A DNA stretch of 63,997 nucleotides, counting the filler, from Basidiobolus ranarum (taxonomy: Eukaryota): NCBI GenBank assembly GCA_040143965.1. It is 11 parts of 11 records of this genome, joined end to end, with 100 filler letters (N's around TTAATTAATTAA, not from the genome) between each part and the next. Parts side by side here need not be neighbours in the genome. Positions count along the whole stretch, not along the records: positions 23,581 to 29,367 come from JASJQH010008374.1; positions 29,468 to 35,251 come from JASJQH010008375.1; positions 35,352 to 41,128 come from JASJQH010008376.1; positions 41,229 to 47,001 come from JASJQH010008377.1; 7 more parts are not named here. The stretch is one strand, 5' to 3'. The notes under the pieces are model-generated. The model was given only the letters and a program-made list of their open reading frames with translations. It had not been told where the DNA came from and did no database searches. Below, piece by piece: positions 28,951 through 42,011 of this stretch. The first letter of the stretch is position 1. Each line of letters begins with the position of its first letter. Both the position numbers and the translations under genes were made by a program.

Positions 28951-29006
28951 TCTCAGGTGCACTCCATTGGGGACTCTCAGAATGTATAGAAAGGGCCTAC
29001 AATCTT

Positions 29007-29367
29007 TGTCATGATTCTAATCTTGGCATACTGATCCACTGCAAATAGAACTCTTCTATTATTAGATTATGACATCATATCTGCTGTGCCATCCCTTCTT
29101 AGCAATCTGGTGTCAATTCATCCAGATTACCTTAAATGGAAGTCATGTTCTTTGGAACATTCCAAGAAAACATCTGCAAACTTCAATGTGAAGACCAATT
29201 GGTAATATCAATCAAGAAAGCCCAGGAAACACCCAAAGACCTCTCAAGCTTGAACCTGTACCACCATTTCTCTATCATCAATGATCTCTTGTTTTATAAG
29301 AAGCACCTTTACATTCCAGACCACACTTCCAGACTCAAAATCATGCAGGAAAGACATGACTCACCAC
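29007..29367 (+). mobile_element. Ty3/gypsy deletion derivative (LTR fused directly to the integrase region)
   Basis: LTR sequence 29007-~29164, then sequence matching 37255-37055 (-): DLLFYKKHLYIPDHTSRLKIMQERHDSP. Confidence 0.88.
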
Positions 29368-29467
29368 NNNNNNNNNNNNNNNNNNNNNNNNNNNNNNNNN
29401 NNNNNNNNNNNTTAATTAATTAANNNNNNNNNNNNNNNNNNNNNNNNNNNNNNNNNNNNNNNNNNNN

Positions 29468-29952
29468 GATGCAACGATAACAAACAAATACATATTATCG
29501 AATCACATTCTGTATATATAGCCGGGTAAGTAAATATATCTTTCTGGTTCGCGTGCCCATATGCAGCGTGAATTTTTGGCAACTTTAGAGTAAGGCTTTC
29601 CCCTATGTACGTATATAGAAATGAATCTAATCTTAGAGATGTTCTTTTCCGTATCCTGGGTTGAGTCGGAGCCATTCGTAACATTGCGCTGTCAAACGCT
29701 ACCATGCGTACCAGACCAATATGAGACCATTATACCGAGGTAAAAATGGTCTTTTAAAAAAAGAGATACGGTTGTAATTGCTTGCTAACATAGGCCTTCT
29801 CAGAGGGAGAGTTTGGCAGTAGCAGTAAGGTACTCAAGAATTCTTGCATAGGGAATGAAAGGCCTAGATAATTCCAAAATTTTCCTCGAATTTGTTTCAT
29901 CGAGGATTCAACCCCACTTCTGCGAAAGCCTGTCAGAAGCGACAAGTATTAA
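29468..29952 (+). pseudogene. Unidentified multi-exon gene 3' fragment with in-frame stops
   Basis: Three intron-like segments (GTAAGT..CAG, GTAAGG..CTAAT..TAG, GTAAAA..CTAAC..TAG); the joined frame contains stops; no domain recognised. Confidence 0.25.
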
Positions 29953-31273
29953 CAAGTACTGCTTCCCCATTAAAAAGGTGTAAATTACATATTGGGCCAT
30001 GCACTATTGCCATATCTCGGTATCAACTATTATGAATACTGGTGTGTATTTTCCTTTTCCGGGTATTCATAATGCACTCTATATGACGAGAATGTCTAAT
30101 ACCTTGTCATGGCAGGTACCTCATATCGTACTGTTTTAGTAAACGGCAGTCGTTAGGATTCTCTATTTTGTCGATAAAAAATATCGAATATGAAGGTAAC
30201 ATCGTTCATTGGGTCTTGGTTTTCAAGTGATTGAGTACAGCATGCTACTGGAGGAACCATGAAGTATTTGACTCTTTTCCAACATCAATATATAAAGTTT
30301 AAGGTTAGAGTACATTCGAGTGCATATTTGAATGTGGTAAATCTTATTGCTGATCAAATCACATTCTGTACTAACATCATCAACCCTTTCTTGTGGTTGT
30401 TGGTATATTCAACTTTCTTATCGTCACTTTTATCATAATTACACTTAGTACTAACAGTACATTTACTATATTCCAGTAAATTTACTGCAAATCATAACAT
30501 GCTTGCAATTGTGCATAATCCTTGAACCCTTTCCCAAGTCAGCTCATATTTAGTATTTTTGGTGAATATACTCGAGGGAGAGAAGTCAAATCAGATAACA
30601 GGGTTAGGGTTAGAGCTGAAAGACAACAAATCCAGTTCATAAAACGCTGCTCACTACAATGTCGAGTTAGTCGCTGACTGAATTTCGATAGAACAAATCC
30701 TAATTGCGTTACTTCACAAGTACCTAATGCATATAAAGCATGGTGCATTTGCTAAAGTGGTATCAGTAGTACAATTCCCGAATCTACCTCTTTTTTCTTA
30801 TCTGAATCATGCACGAAGAGGGTTTCTCCAATCAATTAAGCAATACTGGGCATTTTCGCTGATAAATAGGACGAATAATTACTAGATATAGTGATTTTAT
30901 CACACTCCATCAAATCCAATTTTAGCTCCTGAGTAACTTGGGATGAATGTGAGTGGGAAAACTATCAGATAATAGGAACAAATCTATTGGTCCATAGTCG
31001 CACTGAAATTTTAAAAACTGAATCAAGTGGTGAGAATATTGAGAGAAACCTAGATCCAGACAACATTTTTGGAATTCTACTTTTGGCATGATTCAAGTCT
31101 ATTAAAATGGCTGTTTATTTGGGGGATATATTGAAGCTATATTAGAACGGTTATTTTATACTAGTAAACATGATGTGTGCTAGTCAATATGATCTTTAAA
31201 TAACCATTGACTTATCTTACCAAACCAGCATGATATTAGGGGTAAAGTAAAAGGGCGAATGAACTAAGCAGGC

Positions 31274-32961
31274 TTATCTGCGTGGCTTTCTCTCAGGTAG
31301 TACAATCGGTTTGATACAAAGGGACGCAACCAAAGCGATGAGAAAGAAGACAGGTCCAAGAATAAAGAGTGGTCTGAATACGTTGACCAAATCACCTATG
31401 ATCTTTGCTTTGACTGGTGGTGGTAGTCTTTGAGCCGCACCAGCATATGCCATAGCGTTACCGCTACCAGGAGGGAGCACAGACTTCATAACAGGGATCA
31501 AACGATTGTTGAATATTCCTCCGCATATCGCAATCCCTACAGTAGCACCAATAGGTTGAATAAACTCAAACATGCTCGTAACAATAGCCATATCTTCAAG
31601 ATTGACTGACCCTTGGGCGCACATTAGCAAGGTACGGGTGCACATTCCCATTCCAGCACCAGTGATAGCGTAGATGCCAATAACCTGAGCAGCTGCAGTG
31701 GTTTCGTCAAAGGTATTGTAGAGTCCATTACCAAGGGCACATAAAAATAAGCCTCCCCAAACCCATGGTCGGATTTTACCAGTCATAGCGATAATAATAC
31801 CAGAGATAATGGCAATCAATGACATAGAACCAGTCTTTCCGATAGAGTAGAGGCTTGTCTCAAGAGAAGTCAATCCATAAATGATTTGTAAAAACATTGT
31901 AGAATAGAAGCCAACTCCAAATGAGGACATACTTAGGAAAAAGATGGAGATAAAGGTGTAAACGACATTCGGCTTTTTCCACATTTTTCCAGGAATGATG
32001 GCCTCCGCAGGAATATATTTTTCATATGCTACAAATACCATGAATATCACTACGCATCCACATAGTAGGCCAATGATTAATGGCGAATTCCAGGGATGGC
32101 TAGTTCCTCCCCATTGAGTAGCCAGTAGGAAGCAAATGATACTAGCAGCGAGCAAGGTCATGCCACCATAGTCAATCTTCCTTAACACCTTTGCAGTGGA
32201 AGTCTCTTCACGTTTAGGCTCACGAATACAGAAGTACAGAATTACAAATATAATAACGGCAATAGGGATTTTAACGTAGAATATCCAACGCCAGGACACC
32301 TTATCGGTCAAAACACCACCAATCAAGGAACCAATGATTGAAGAGAAAGCAAAAGCCGTGGTCAAGATGCCTTCATAATAACCACGATCACGGAGTGGTA
32401 TAATATCAGCCAATAGGACTTGTGTTATGGAGGAGATAGCACCAGCTGCTAGACCAGCGAGAGCGCGAAATCCAATCAACATACTCAAACTTTGGGATGC
32501 ACCGCATAATATTAAACTAATAACGTACAGTATCACTGCTAATAAAATGATATTCTTTCTACCAAAAAGGTTGGCCAACTTGCCGTAAACAGGTTGGAAC
32601 GTGGTGTTGGTTAGGAGGAAGGCTATACTTAACCAAGCGATGTTGGTGGTATCGTTAAGATCTTTACCGATGTAAATCATCGACGACATTATCATGGATG
32701 GATCCAAAGAAATCAGCATTGTTGATAGGACAAGACTAAATAGTGAGCATAAGCAATGGTTAGTGAGCTGCATTAAGATTCTCAGGAACGTAACGTACGA
32801 CTTTACCCAATGAAAGCTATAATTCTCTTTGTACTAGAAAGCTCAAGAACAAAGACTTTCTCGGCAATTGGATTCTCAGGGTCGCTTGTTGAATTAATTA
32901 TATCCACATCTTGCGCCATGGATTTCTCACTTAACGTGGGGTTTTTATTATCCGCGCTCAT
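31274..32961 (-). CDS. MFS drug:H+ antiporter-2 (14-TMS) transporter, 2 exons
   Basis: ATG at 32961; intron 32736-32806 in frame. Motifs LISLDPSMI, QPVYGKLANLFGRK, FRALAGL, IIPLRDRG, IGGVLTDKVSWRWIFY and IDYGG. Confidence 0.93.
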
Positions 32962-35031
32962 GATGTTGCGGTCAGGAAAAGTAAATTTAAAAGTATGTTT
33001 AACTTAGAGGGGATGCCATCATTCTGAATTCGGAGCGCCACCTTTATACAACACAACGAGTAGGGGTATCCCTAGCCATTTTGACAGAAAAGAGCGGTTG
33101 GAACACCGGCAGCCAAGAAGTAGACAACCTTTCGGTGCTCCGATTGGTAGAAGCCAAGGACAAGTAACATCTGATAATAGCACACTTCTAAAGTCGTACC
33201 TATGGGGAAAGCTGTATAGAGTATGTTTCACTTTATGTGTATTCAAGTCAGATCGTAATAATCAGATCATCACAGATAAAGTATTATCAGATTGATTTCG
33301 TTAACCAGATTAATCTTCAACATTGTTGACTGGACACTGAGGTGCCTCCAGGTTTTTCATGATTTGTGCTGATTATTGTACACTTAACAATGTAATAAGT
33401 GGCATATTTAATAACTAGATGGATCTATAGACCGTAGTTTTCTATATAGCCAGGTTTTTTGAAGGGTTATCGCCTTTATTATAACTAAAGGAGTAATCGT
33501 TACATTGCTTAATGGAGTAATGCAGGATGATTTGACAAGCGCTTGGTAGTACTCCCATTTAGAAATAAACTCAACACAATGATTTTACTTGTTTATACTT
33601 TAACCGTAGGGTTGTACTTTGCAGGGTAATTGATATTACGACAATCAGTAAGAAGGTTGCTAGAATCTTAACTCTAATTTGTACACACAGTTCAAGTGCT
33701 CTCAGGTTTAGATGCGGAATTTGCGCCTATTTAGTGCAACTATTCATCGCATGGATCATATCATTATATCAGAATATGTGACAACCAACGCGCATTACCA
33801 TTTGTGAGAGATTTATATGCACTCACTGGTATCTAAAGCTATGCTGCTTGGATAATTCTAAAGATTGACTACATTTTATTGGCAACAGATTGAACTGATA
33901 ACCCAATAAGCATGTATCTGTCGTTTTTTTTCAAATTCTTTACGCTCTTACTCTTTACCAGTTGGATATTTGTTTGATACATTCAGTCACATAATTACTC
34001 TTACTCCATATATATTACATCTATTTCTTAGAATATTCAACCATAGGGTACACAGGTTTGGAATTGGGATTGTGCATTCACTACCAGGGTTACGGATCAG
34101 GGATTGCAAATATATATTGTAAATTTTTGATGAGCATCCAAGGTTTGTGCAAGTCAAACTTTCCATTGTGCAGCCTCCAATATGGTATACTAGAGTTACA
34201 TTTTTGATGTTAGTGAATGTTACTACAAGTCCTAATTTTCCTCCGTAATTGCCCGTACTGCCTTCCTGAATAGTTGTTCAATGACTTACATTTTTGTACA
34301 GTCCGTACCAGCATTTCTAGTAATGCTCATTATAGTACTTATTTCCAGATTCTGTGTATTATTACCACTGTTGGTTTACATTTACCGCCAATCTTTCATT
34401 TTCAATACGCTAAACACTGAGTATTGATGAAAGTTAAGGAATGGAGCACACTAGCTTAGAAATTACTCTTAGTATGTAGGAGCTGCTTTACATGGAAAGA
34501 GAAATAGCTTTGGTAAAGTTGGGGTGAAAAAAAGTCATATAGTGGCATTGCCAAAAGACATAAAGGGCATAATACGTTACAAGTGATGAAAATCTTGGTG
34601 GCATTGCGAAATATTGCACCGCAAGAGTTTGTTATATGTGACATAAATATTGTAAGTAATGATATACATCAGTAACGCTCTCAGTAATCACCAACATTGT
34701 ATCGAATTTAAAACCTATTATGGAGTCTCCCCTCAATACCAATTTTATTTATGACCATCCCTCATATACATATACTCGAACTAACCCTAACCCAATTCCG
34801 GTCTCTCTGGCTCAAAATTTCGAATCTTGTGGATTATATCTAAGAGTAATCTTAGTGTAAGAATGGTTTGAACAAGTGGTTTTTTTTATCAAGTAGTTCT
34901 ACTATGAATTATATGTCTGTATCATCTTTATGAGAGTCGATTCAATGTTGAAGAGTAGACACAAAGACAGATACTTTGTAATATTTTGACATAGATTAAA
35001 AGGTTAATATGCTTCAATGTAATGTGGTTTA

Positions 35032-35251
35032 TGTTGAAATTAGCATTGCCTAAACATCTATATAGTCATATATAGCTTAGTATTTAGTTATCCTATATTG
35101 AACTAAGATATTACCCATTATTCTCAAGAGGAATTTACTTAGTTCTCAAATATATAGATTTTTCAAAGAAGCCCAAAGTTTGCACACATGTTCCTGGGAC
35201 CTTCCTTAACACATTCTACACATTAGTTTGTTTACATCTTGACAAAACTAT
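35032..35251 (+). mobile_element. LTR family B, 5' part cut by the contig end
   Basis: Homologous to 8439-8665. Confidence 0.8.
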
Positions 35252-35351
35252 NNNNNNNNNNNNNNNNNNNNNNNNNNNNNNNNNNNNNNNNNNNNTTAAT
35301 TAATTAANNNNNNNNNNNNNNNNNNNNNNNNNNNNNNNNNNNNNNNNNNNN

Positions 35352-38300
35352 TACTTTGGCAAGAATCTTTATTGATAACTGGCATTGATCAGACTGAGGT
35401 CTGATCTAGGAATACATGGGGCTTATATAGATATTGCAAGGTGAAACATAATATACTGAATAAGGAATATACTGTGGCAAGTTTGAGAGTTGGAGTGTTG
35501 GGAACTACAAGGACTAATACAAAGAGGGATGATGTAAGGATGATCAGGGGACCTTCCATGGAAGGTCTTGGCAGAAATACACTGTGTGTGGGATGACATG
35601 ATTGGTTGGGTTTGATGGAATGTTCCAAAGAACATCACTTCCTTATAAGGTAATCTGGATGAACTGACACCAGATTGCCAAGAAGGGATGGCACAGCAGA
35701 TATGATGTCATAATCTAATAATAGGGGAGTTCTATTTGTAGTGGATCAGTACACCAAGATCAGAATCAAGGCAGTATCCCCTTCTTTAGTGATGGCTTCT
35801 AGACATCATAGGGCCAGGTTTCTCTGCATAGGCTTCATGAAACTCCTGGCAGAGTTCCTTGGAATTGGAAAGATTTGTTGCTGGCTCCCATGATTGATTA
35901 TTTGTTGAGTAACCTTTCCAGTCCACTAAATATTGCAACTTGCATCAATAAATTCTGGAATCTAGGATTTTGCTAACTTCATATTCAGGGTGTTCTTCCA
36001 CTTGGAGTGCTTGGGTTGGGTGAATGGATTGGCCCTGGAAGGTGTTTCTGGTATGTGGCTCTAAGAGAGACAAATGGAATACATTGTGGACTTTGAAATG
36101 GGCTGGGAGTTCAAGGCAGAAGGCTACTGAATTGATTTGTATAATAATCTTAAAAGGCCTTAGTCTTTTATGATCAAGTTTATCACAAGGCCTGGTGGTC
36201 TTGATATTTTTCTGGAGTAACCAAACATAATCTCCTGGCTTGAGATCTGGGCTTGGCTTTCTTTTCTTATCAGCAAAGTTCTTGTGTTGTGATTGAGCAT
36301 GTTCCAACTTGGATATTTATTGTTTATGGATGTCCTTAAGGAAAGTGGCATGGTCTGAGGCAGCAGGGCAACGTAGATTGGATAGTGGGTGAATTGTGAA
36401 ACAAGGATGGAATACATAATTTGCCAAGAAAGGAGTTTGCTTTGTTGAGGTTTGATAAGAGTTGTTGTAAGCAAATTCAGCCAGAGGCAAGAGTTTGTCC
36501 AATTATCTTGATTATAGTTGATAGTGCATCTCAAACATTGTTCCAAAACTTGATTGACTCTTTTGGTTTGGCCATCAGATTGGGGATGGAAGGCAGTGGA
36601 GAGATTGGCAGAGATACTCAAGGTATGGAGAAGACTTTTCCACAATTTGGAAGCAAACTGAGGTCCTTGGTCAGCAATGATAGTTTCAGGGAGTCCATGT
36701 AGGTGGAAGATGTTTTGAGTTACCAATTCTGCTGTTTGTTTTTCATCAATTGACTTGTTGCAGGGCAGAAAGTGGGCCATCTTTGTTAGACGGTCAACTA
36801 TTACCAGAATTGAATCATATTTGGCAGACATGGGCAGATCAGCTATGAAATCCAGGGATATGGATTTCCACTGCTGATCAGGAATTGGAAGTGGCTGCAG
36901 GAGGCCATAGGGCTGATGTCTTGGAGTCTTCACTTGAGCACAAGTATCACAGGTGGAAACATTAGTCTTGACAAATGCAAACATTTTGGCCCACCAATAA
37001 TCCCTGGATGCCAACATATATGATTTGGCAACACCAAAGTGTCCTGCCAGTGGTGAGTCATATCTTTCCTGCATGATTTTGAGTCTAGAAGTGTGGTCTG
37101 GAATGTAAAGGTGCTTCTTATAAAATAAGAGATCATTGATGATAGAGAAATGGCAGTACAGGTTCAAGCTTGAGAGGTCTTTTGGTGTTTCCTGGGCTTT
37201 TTTGATTGATATACCAATGCATCTTCAGATTGGAGTGTGTGGATGTCTTCATGGAATGTGCTTGAACTAGGAAGAGAAAGGGCAGTTGCACTAATTTGAA
37301 GTTGGTGGGGCTTCAGTAAGGAAGTATTTTGTTGGCCAAAGGCCTCATCCCCTTCTTTAAGCTGATATTGTGCTCTATTTGATAAGGCATCAGGCTTTCC
37401 TTGCTGGCTACCTGGTCAATATGTAATCACAAAATCAAAACTGGCAAGAAATAATGACCATCTTGCTTAACAATGGTTGAGAACTTTGGTTGTACTAAAA
37501 TACTCAAGATTCTTGTGATCACAATGACTGTGATTTTGTGATTTGCCCCATCCAAGTATTGTTGCCATTGTTCAAATGCAGCAATAAATGCTAAAAGGTC
37601 CTTGTCATAGAAGTCATAGTTGATTACTGCAGCAGAGAACTTTCTTGAGTAAGAGGCAACAGGGTGCAGTAAGTTGTCATCATCAAACTGTGATAGTACT
37701 GCTCCTAGAGCAAAGTTGGATGCATCAGTTTCAACAGTAAATGGCTTGTCTAGCTTGGGATGCACCAGGATTGGTGCTGATGTAAAAGCACTCTTAAAAG
37801 TTACAAATGCTTGTTGGCAAGATGGGTTCCAGTTGAATGGGAGTTCTTTCATTGTGAGATATGTTAATGGAGCGGATATTTTGGAGTAGTTAATTCTGCA
37901 GCATAAGTTGATTCAGGTTTTGACCCTTGTTTAAGTGCATGGAGCTTGGTAGCTGAGGTTCTTTCTTCATCTGCATTTGTAAATATGGCTTCCAGTTCAG
38001 CAAGAAAGGCAAGGAAGTTTGAAAGAAGTGGTGATTGACTTTCCATCAAAGGAGCAAACCAAGACAGAGCTGTTCCTGCTAAGAGTGTTCCCACTAAGCC
38101 TACTTTTGTTTGGTCAGAGGGGTAGCAATGGGGATGCAACTGGATGATAAGCTTTACTTGGTTAATAAAACCACAATAGTTTTGCCAAGTGCCATCAAAT
38201 TCATTTGGTAAGGAGATTTTGGGTTCAAGAGTTGGAATTGCAGTATAGTTGGGTGGATCTGGATTCTGTACTTGAGCAATGGAAGTACAAAGTTCTTGAT

Positions 38301-38740
38301 TTTCTTGCTGAAGCTGAGTAAGGCCTTGCATAACATCTTCCATTGTGAGGGCTGGTGTAGACATAATACTTACTATGCTGGGAGGGGAAAGTTTTAAAAA
38401 ACCACAAGTTTCTCTAGGAATGATAATCACAGTGCAATGTCCAACTTTCTGTTGAAGAAATGGTTGGTGCCTTGACAAAAGAATATGCTGGTATCAATGT
38501 CCTTTGATCTTGATCAAGTACTAAAGCTTCTTTGATCAAAAACAGCTGTAAACTCAACCAGTTGTGTCTTTACAAGGATGCACTTAGAGCAATTATCCAA
38601 AGGTGGAAGGTACCTTTGCCTTAGCAGGGAAGCTTGGGAAAGATGAGGATTAAGAGGGAAGCCAACCTTGGGGGGTTTCAAGGTTGGAGAACAGGGATGG
38701 AGAGAAGTCTACAGGCAAGTATTAGTAGTTTTATAAGACT
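35352..38740 (-). mobile_element. Chromodomain-bearing Ty3/gypsy element, degenerate and internally deleted
   Basis: gag (EPKISLPNEFDG...LAGTALSWF), RNase H (ETDASNFALGAVL), integrase (HFGVAK, CDTC, SLDFI, VDRLTKMAHF, FHPQSDGQ), chromodomain (EYEVSKILDSR..YLVDWKGY..SWEP), PPT AAAGAAGGGG, and a 3' LTR from 35773 to the contig start. Confidence 0.95.
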
Positions 38741-39192
38741 GTCACAATAAGGAACTGGACAAGGACTGGAAACAACAACAAGAGACTAGAAGGCAAGAAA
38801 CACACCATATGTGAAGCACTAAAAGTAGAGCTGAAATATACTGACAAACAATGCAAGGTATGGTGCCCAGAAACAAGTGGTATGTGACATATTAAAAGCT
38901 AAGTGTATGTAGTGCTAAAGACTGGTGACAAACAACAAAGGTATAGCAATAAGAATCAACTGGTATGGAAAGCACTTGAAACACAGTCTATGCACCACTA
39001 GAGCTTACTCACAAATAACAAAGGGTGTGGTGACTACACACAACAAGTATTTATTGATCAGCCAATATGACTTGACTGATTGTATATCAGTTGACTTTTC
39101 ATTATGTGACTTCTAAGAGGAATGTTATTGGTGTACTGTCACAATAAGGAACTGGACAAGGACTGGAAACAACAACAAGAGACTAGAAGGCA
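38740..39192. repeat. 56-bp perfect direct repeat (38740-38795 and 39137-39192), probably duplicated LTR ends
   Basis: TGTCACAATAAGGAACTGGACAAGGACTGGAAACAACAACAAGAGACTAGAAGGCA occurs twice, 397 bp apart; on the minus strand it ends ...GTGACA. Confidence 0.9.
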
Positions 39193-40119
39193 GGAGAGTA
39201 CTTGGGTGTAGACCACAAGGTTGCTGGATTTATTGCAAACTTGAAGAAGCCATTTAAATATTCCATTTTAGAGGGCTAAACTTTCACTTTCAGATCAACT
39301 TGTAACTCAGTAACTTGCTACAATATGTATTTAGATCACATGTCTGGATCAGGAACAATTGTTACAAGTTTGTCTCTTCAAGTGGTTGATTCAGTTATCA
39401 TACCATCAATAATTGCCTATAGTACTGGATTCATGAGGTGATATTGTATAGGTATCTTAGCTCCAGAACATGGAATTTAAACTGAAAACTGATACTCCAT
39501 GTAAATAACACTTTTGCTATGACCTCAAATTTGTGCCAAAATGGAGGTTGTGATATATGAAAAAACCTGCTCATTGGGAAAGCTTGATAAAAAAGGATTA
39601 ACTAAAACCAGACCAGATACTTATTTAACATCTTTTGATATCCTGTTGCTTATTAGCTTGCATTTATTTGTTTCTTTAATCACTTGCTAACTCAGGTAAA
39701 GTGTGTAAGATTTTCTCAACAATCTTTTGTTTCTTCCAGTTTTGAGGCTTATGTGCCTGAACTAGAGATATGAAATGGACTATATCAAATGGTAAAACTA
39801 GTATCTGCTAGTGGCTGTTTCTAGCCCTTCTGATCTGATTGTTACTATGAGTTTACTTCTCAAGCCACAGATTGCAAATTTCTCTCACTGGTCTATATCA
39901 TAGAGTTACAAAAACTTACCCTTCTTTATTGCTGCTACATTTTTTTAAGATGTGGCCATTAATGATTGTGATCACTGTTTATATGTACTGTACTTGCCCA
40001 AGTAGTCTCCACTATATGAAATCTCTCTGATTGATGCATCTTAGCTCTAGTTTACAACAATGACAGTCTTCCCAGTTGATCTAGCATCAATTATTTTAGT
40101 GACAAAAAACTAACACAAG

Positions 40120-40595
40120 TGTTATTATTCTTAAGTACCTAAGAATGATAGGAGGTTGAGTGAGCTACTATTGTGTTCACAAAGACTGGACTGCAATTTA
40201 TTGATAGAGATACTTCTTTATTTATACTTAGACTGATAGATTAGATGAGTTATAACTCATCCACTAATTACTATATCAGGATTAACTACATCACAATGAG
40301 TTGCACAGTCCTTGGCCAAAATATCCTAGGCCAGCAATGCAAGCAGCTGATATATTGGGGAGGCACAGTCAAGATGATCATGTGCCCAACTAGCTGGGAA
40401 GGGATATGAACAAGTGACCTCCCAAAGAATATGATCACAAGTCTATCATGTGACCTAGTACAACTAACAGCTGGAAAATTATATGAAAGCTGACTAATAC
40501 TTATTGATAGCAGAATAACTGACAGTACTAATATTACTGATCTGGGGATAATACTGATATACTGAAGTGCTGAATATTTCATAATCTAACTAACA
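40120..40595 (-). mobile_element. Probable solo LTR
   Basis: Termini TGTTA...TAACA; minus-strand TATAAA followed by AATAAA (~40225-40195). No target-site duplication seen. Confidence 0.45.
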
Positions 40596-42011
40596 CTTGA
40601 GCTGCTATGAGTAGCTAATCATTGCACATGATTGTTAAGCTGGTGTAAAGAATATGGTGGATGTATCACAGTTGAAAAAGCAAAAACAACATTTCAAAGC
40701 ATCACAGCCATCAGAGAGTAGTTGAGGGATGACATGATGGTTAGGTTGAGCTAACAAATAAATAACAGAGTTGTGTATTGGTCGATTACAATATCCACAC
40801 CAATACCAAGCTAGTATTCCAGTCACATCAATAGACTTGTTCCATTTTATTGAGCCAGATCAGGCCAGCTAAAAAGTGTGCCAGTACAAGTTGGCATGAT
40901 TGGGCACTATCTGGCACAATGTTATTTACCATTTTGGAAACAGTTTGTTTTACTTATGTGGTATGTTTAAGAAAAGTACTTTTAGACATTATTGCACATT
41001 CAAAAGATGATGAAAGCATTATTCATAGTGTCTTAAGTCTAGAGCTCTCAATGGATATCTTTGAGTATGGATGTATTGAGAATTAATCAAGATTTTGACT
41101 ACTTTGCCTAACTTTGATTGAGGCCCACNNNNNNNNNNNNNNNNNNNNNNNNNNNNNNNNNNNNNNNNNNNNTTAATTAATTAANNNNNNNNNNNNNNNN
41201 NNNNNNNNNNNNNNNNNNNNNNNNNNNNGACAAAACTATAAATGTCAACTTTCTACTCAATAAATCAATAAGTGAAAACCACCAATTCCTCTAATTCTCC
41301 AAACCACTTCCAACAGGCTCCCAAATACTTTAACACTTTCAAATACATATCTGTTTTGGTTGAGATATTTTTAAAGTGCTATTTAATCCTCCTAGGTTCT
41401 CTTCGTAAATATTACTTTTTTGATCCCAATGCTATTCCCTCTTCTCTTATGTTGTGTATTATCTCGTTTAGCAAAGGTCAGATGCTTCAACAATTTTGGT
41501 TACTTCTCAATGAGAAATTAAAGATGCCAAACTACGCAAAGATACAATTTATGTGTCCAAACTTGGAAAACATAAGAGAAAATTAATCCATTGCGACTCA
41601 GCACTAATTAACATTGTGAGGAGTTGTGGGGGCAGGAGACGTGATTTCTAATTTTAGGCTTTTTTGGATTCTAATCAAGCTACGATAATCTATTTAAAAA
41701 ATATCAGCAACCATATTCTACATAGAGTTTGGAATGATGATTACGTATCCCACAACTAAGCACACATACCAATCATGTATTATCTACCTAGAAATGACTA
41801 AAATTCCCTTGGTCGCTTAAGAATAATTGTGATTTAGAGATTGAAGAATATCAAATTTTGAGCACCAAAGATTGAACTGCTACCGCAGTCAATCCATCTA
41901 CTGCGCATGATGGAAATTTTTTACTTCGGGTGCGCCTTGATGGATGAGATATTTGAATTTGTTTCCTACACATCTTTACATCTTCATTCTGAACACTTTT
42001 CATAGTACAAT

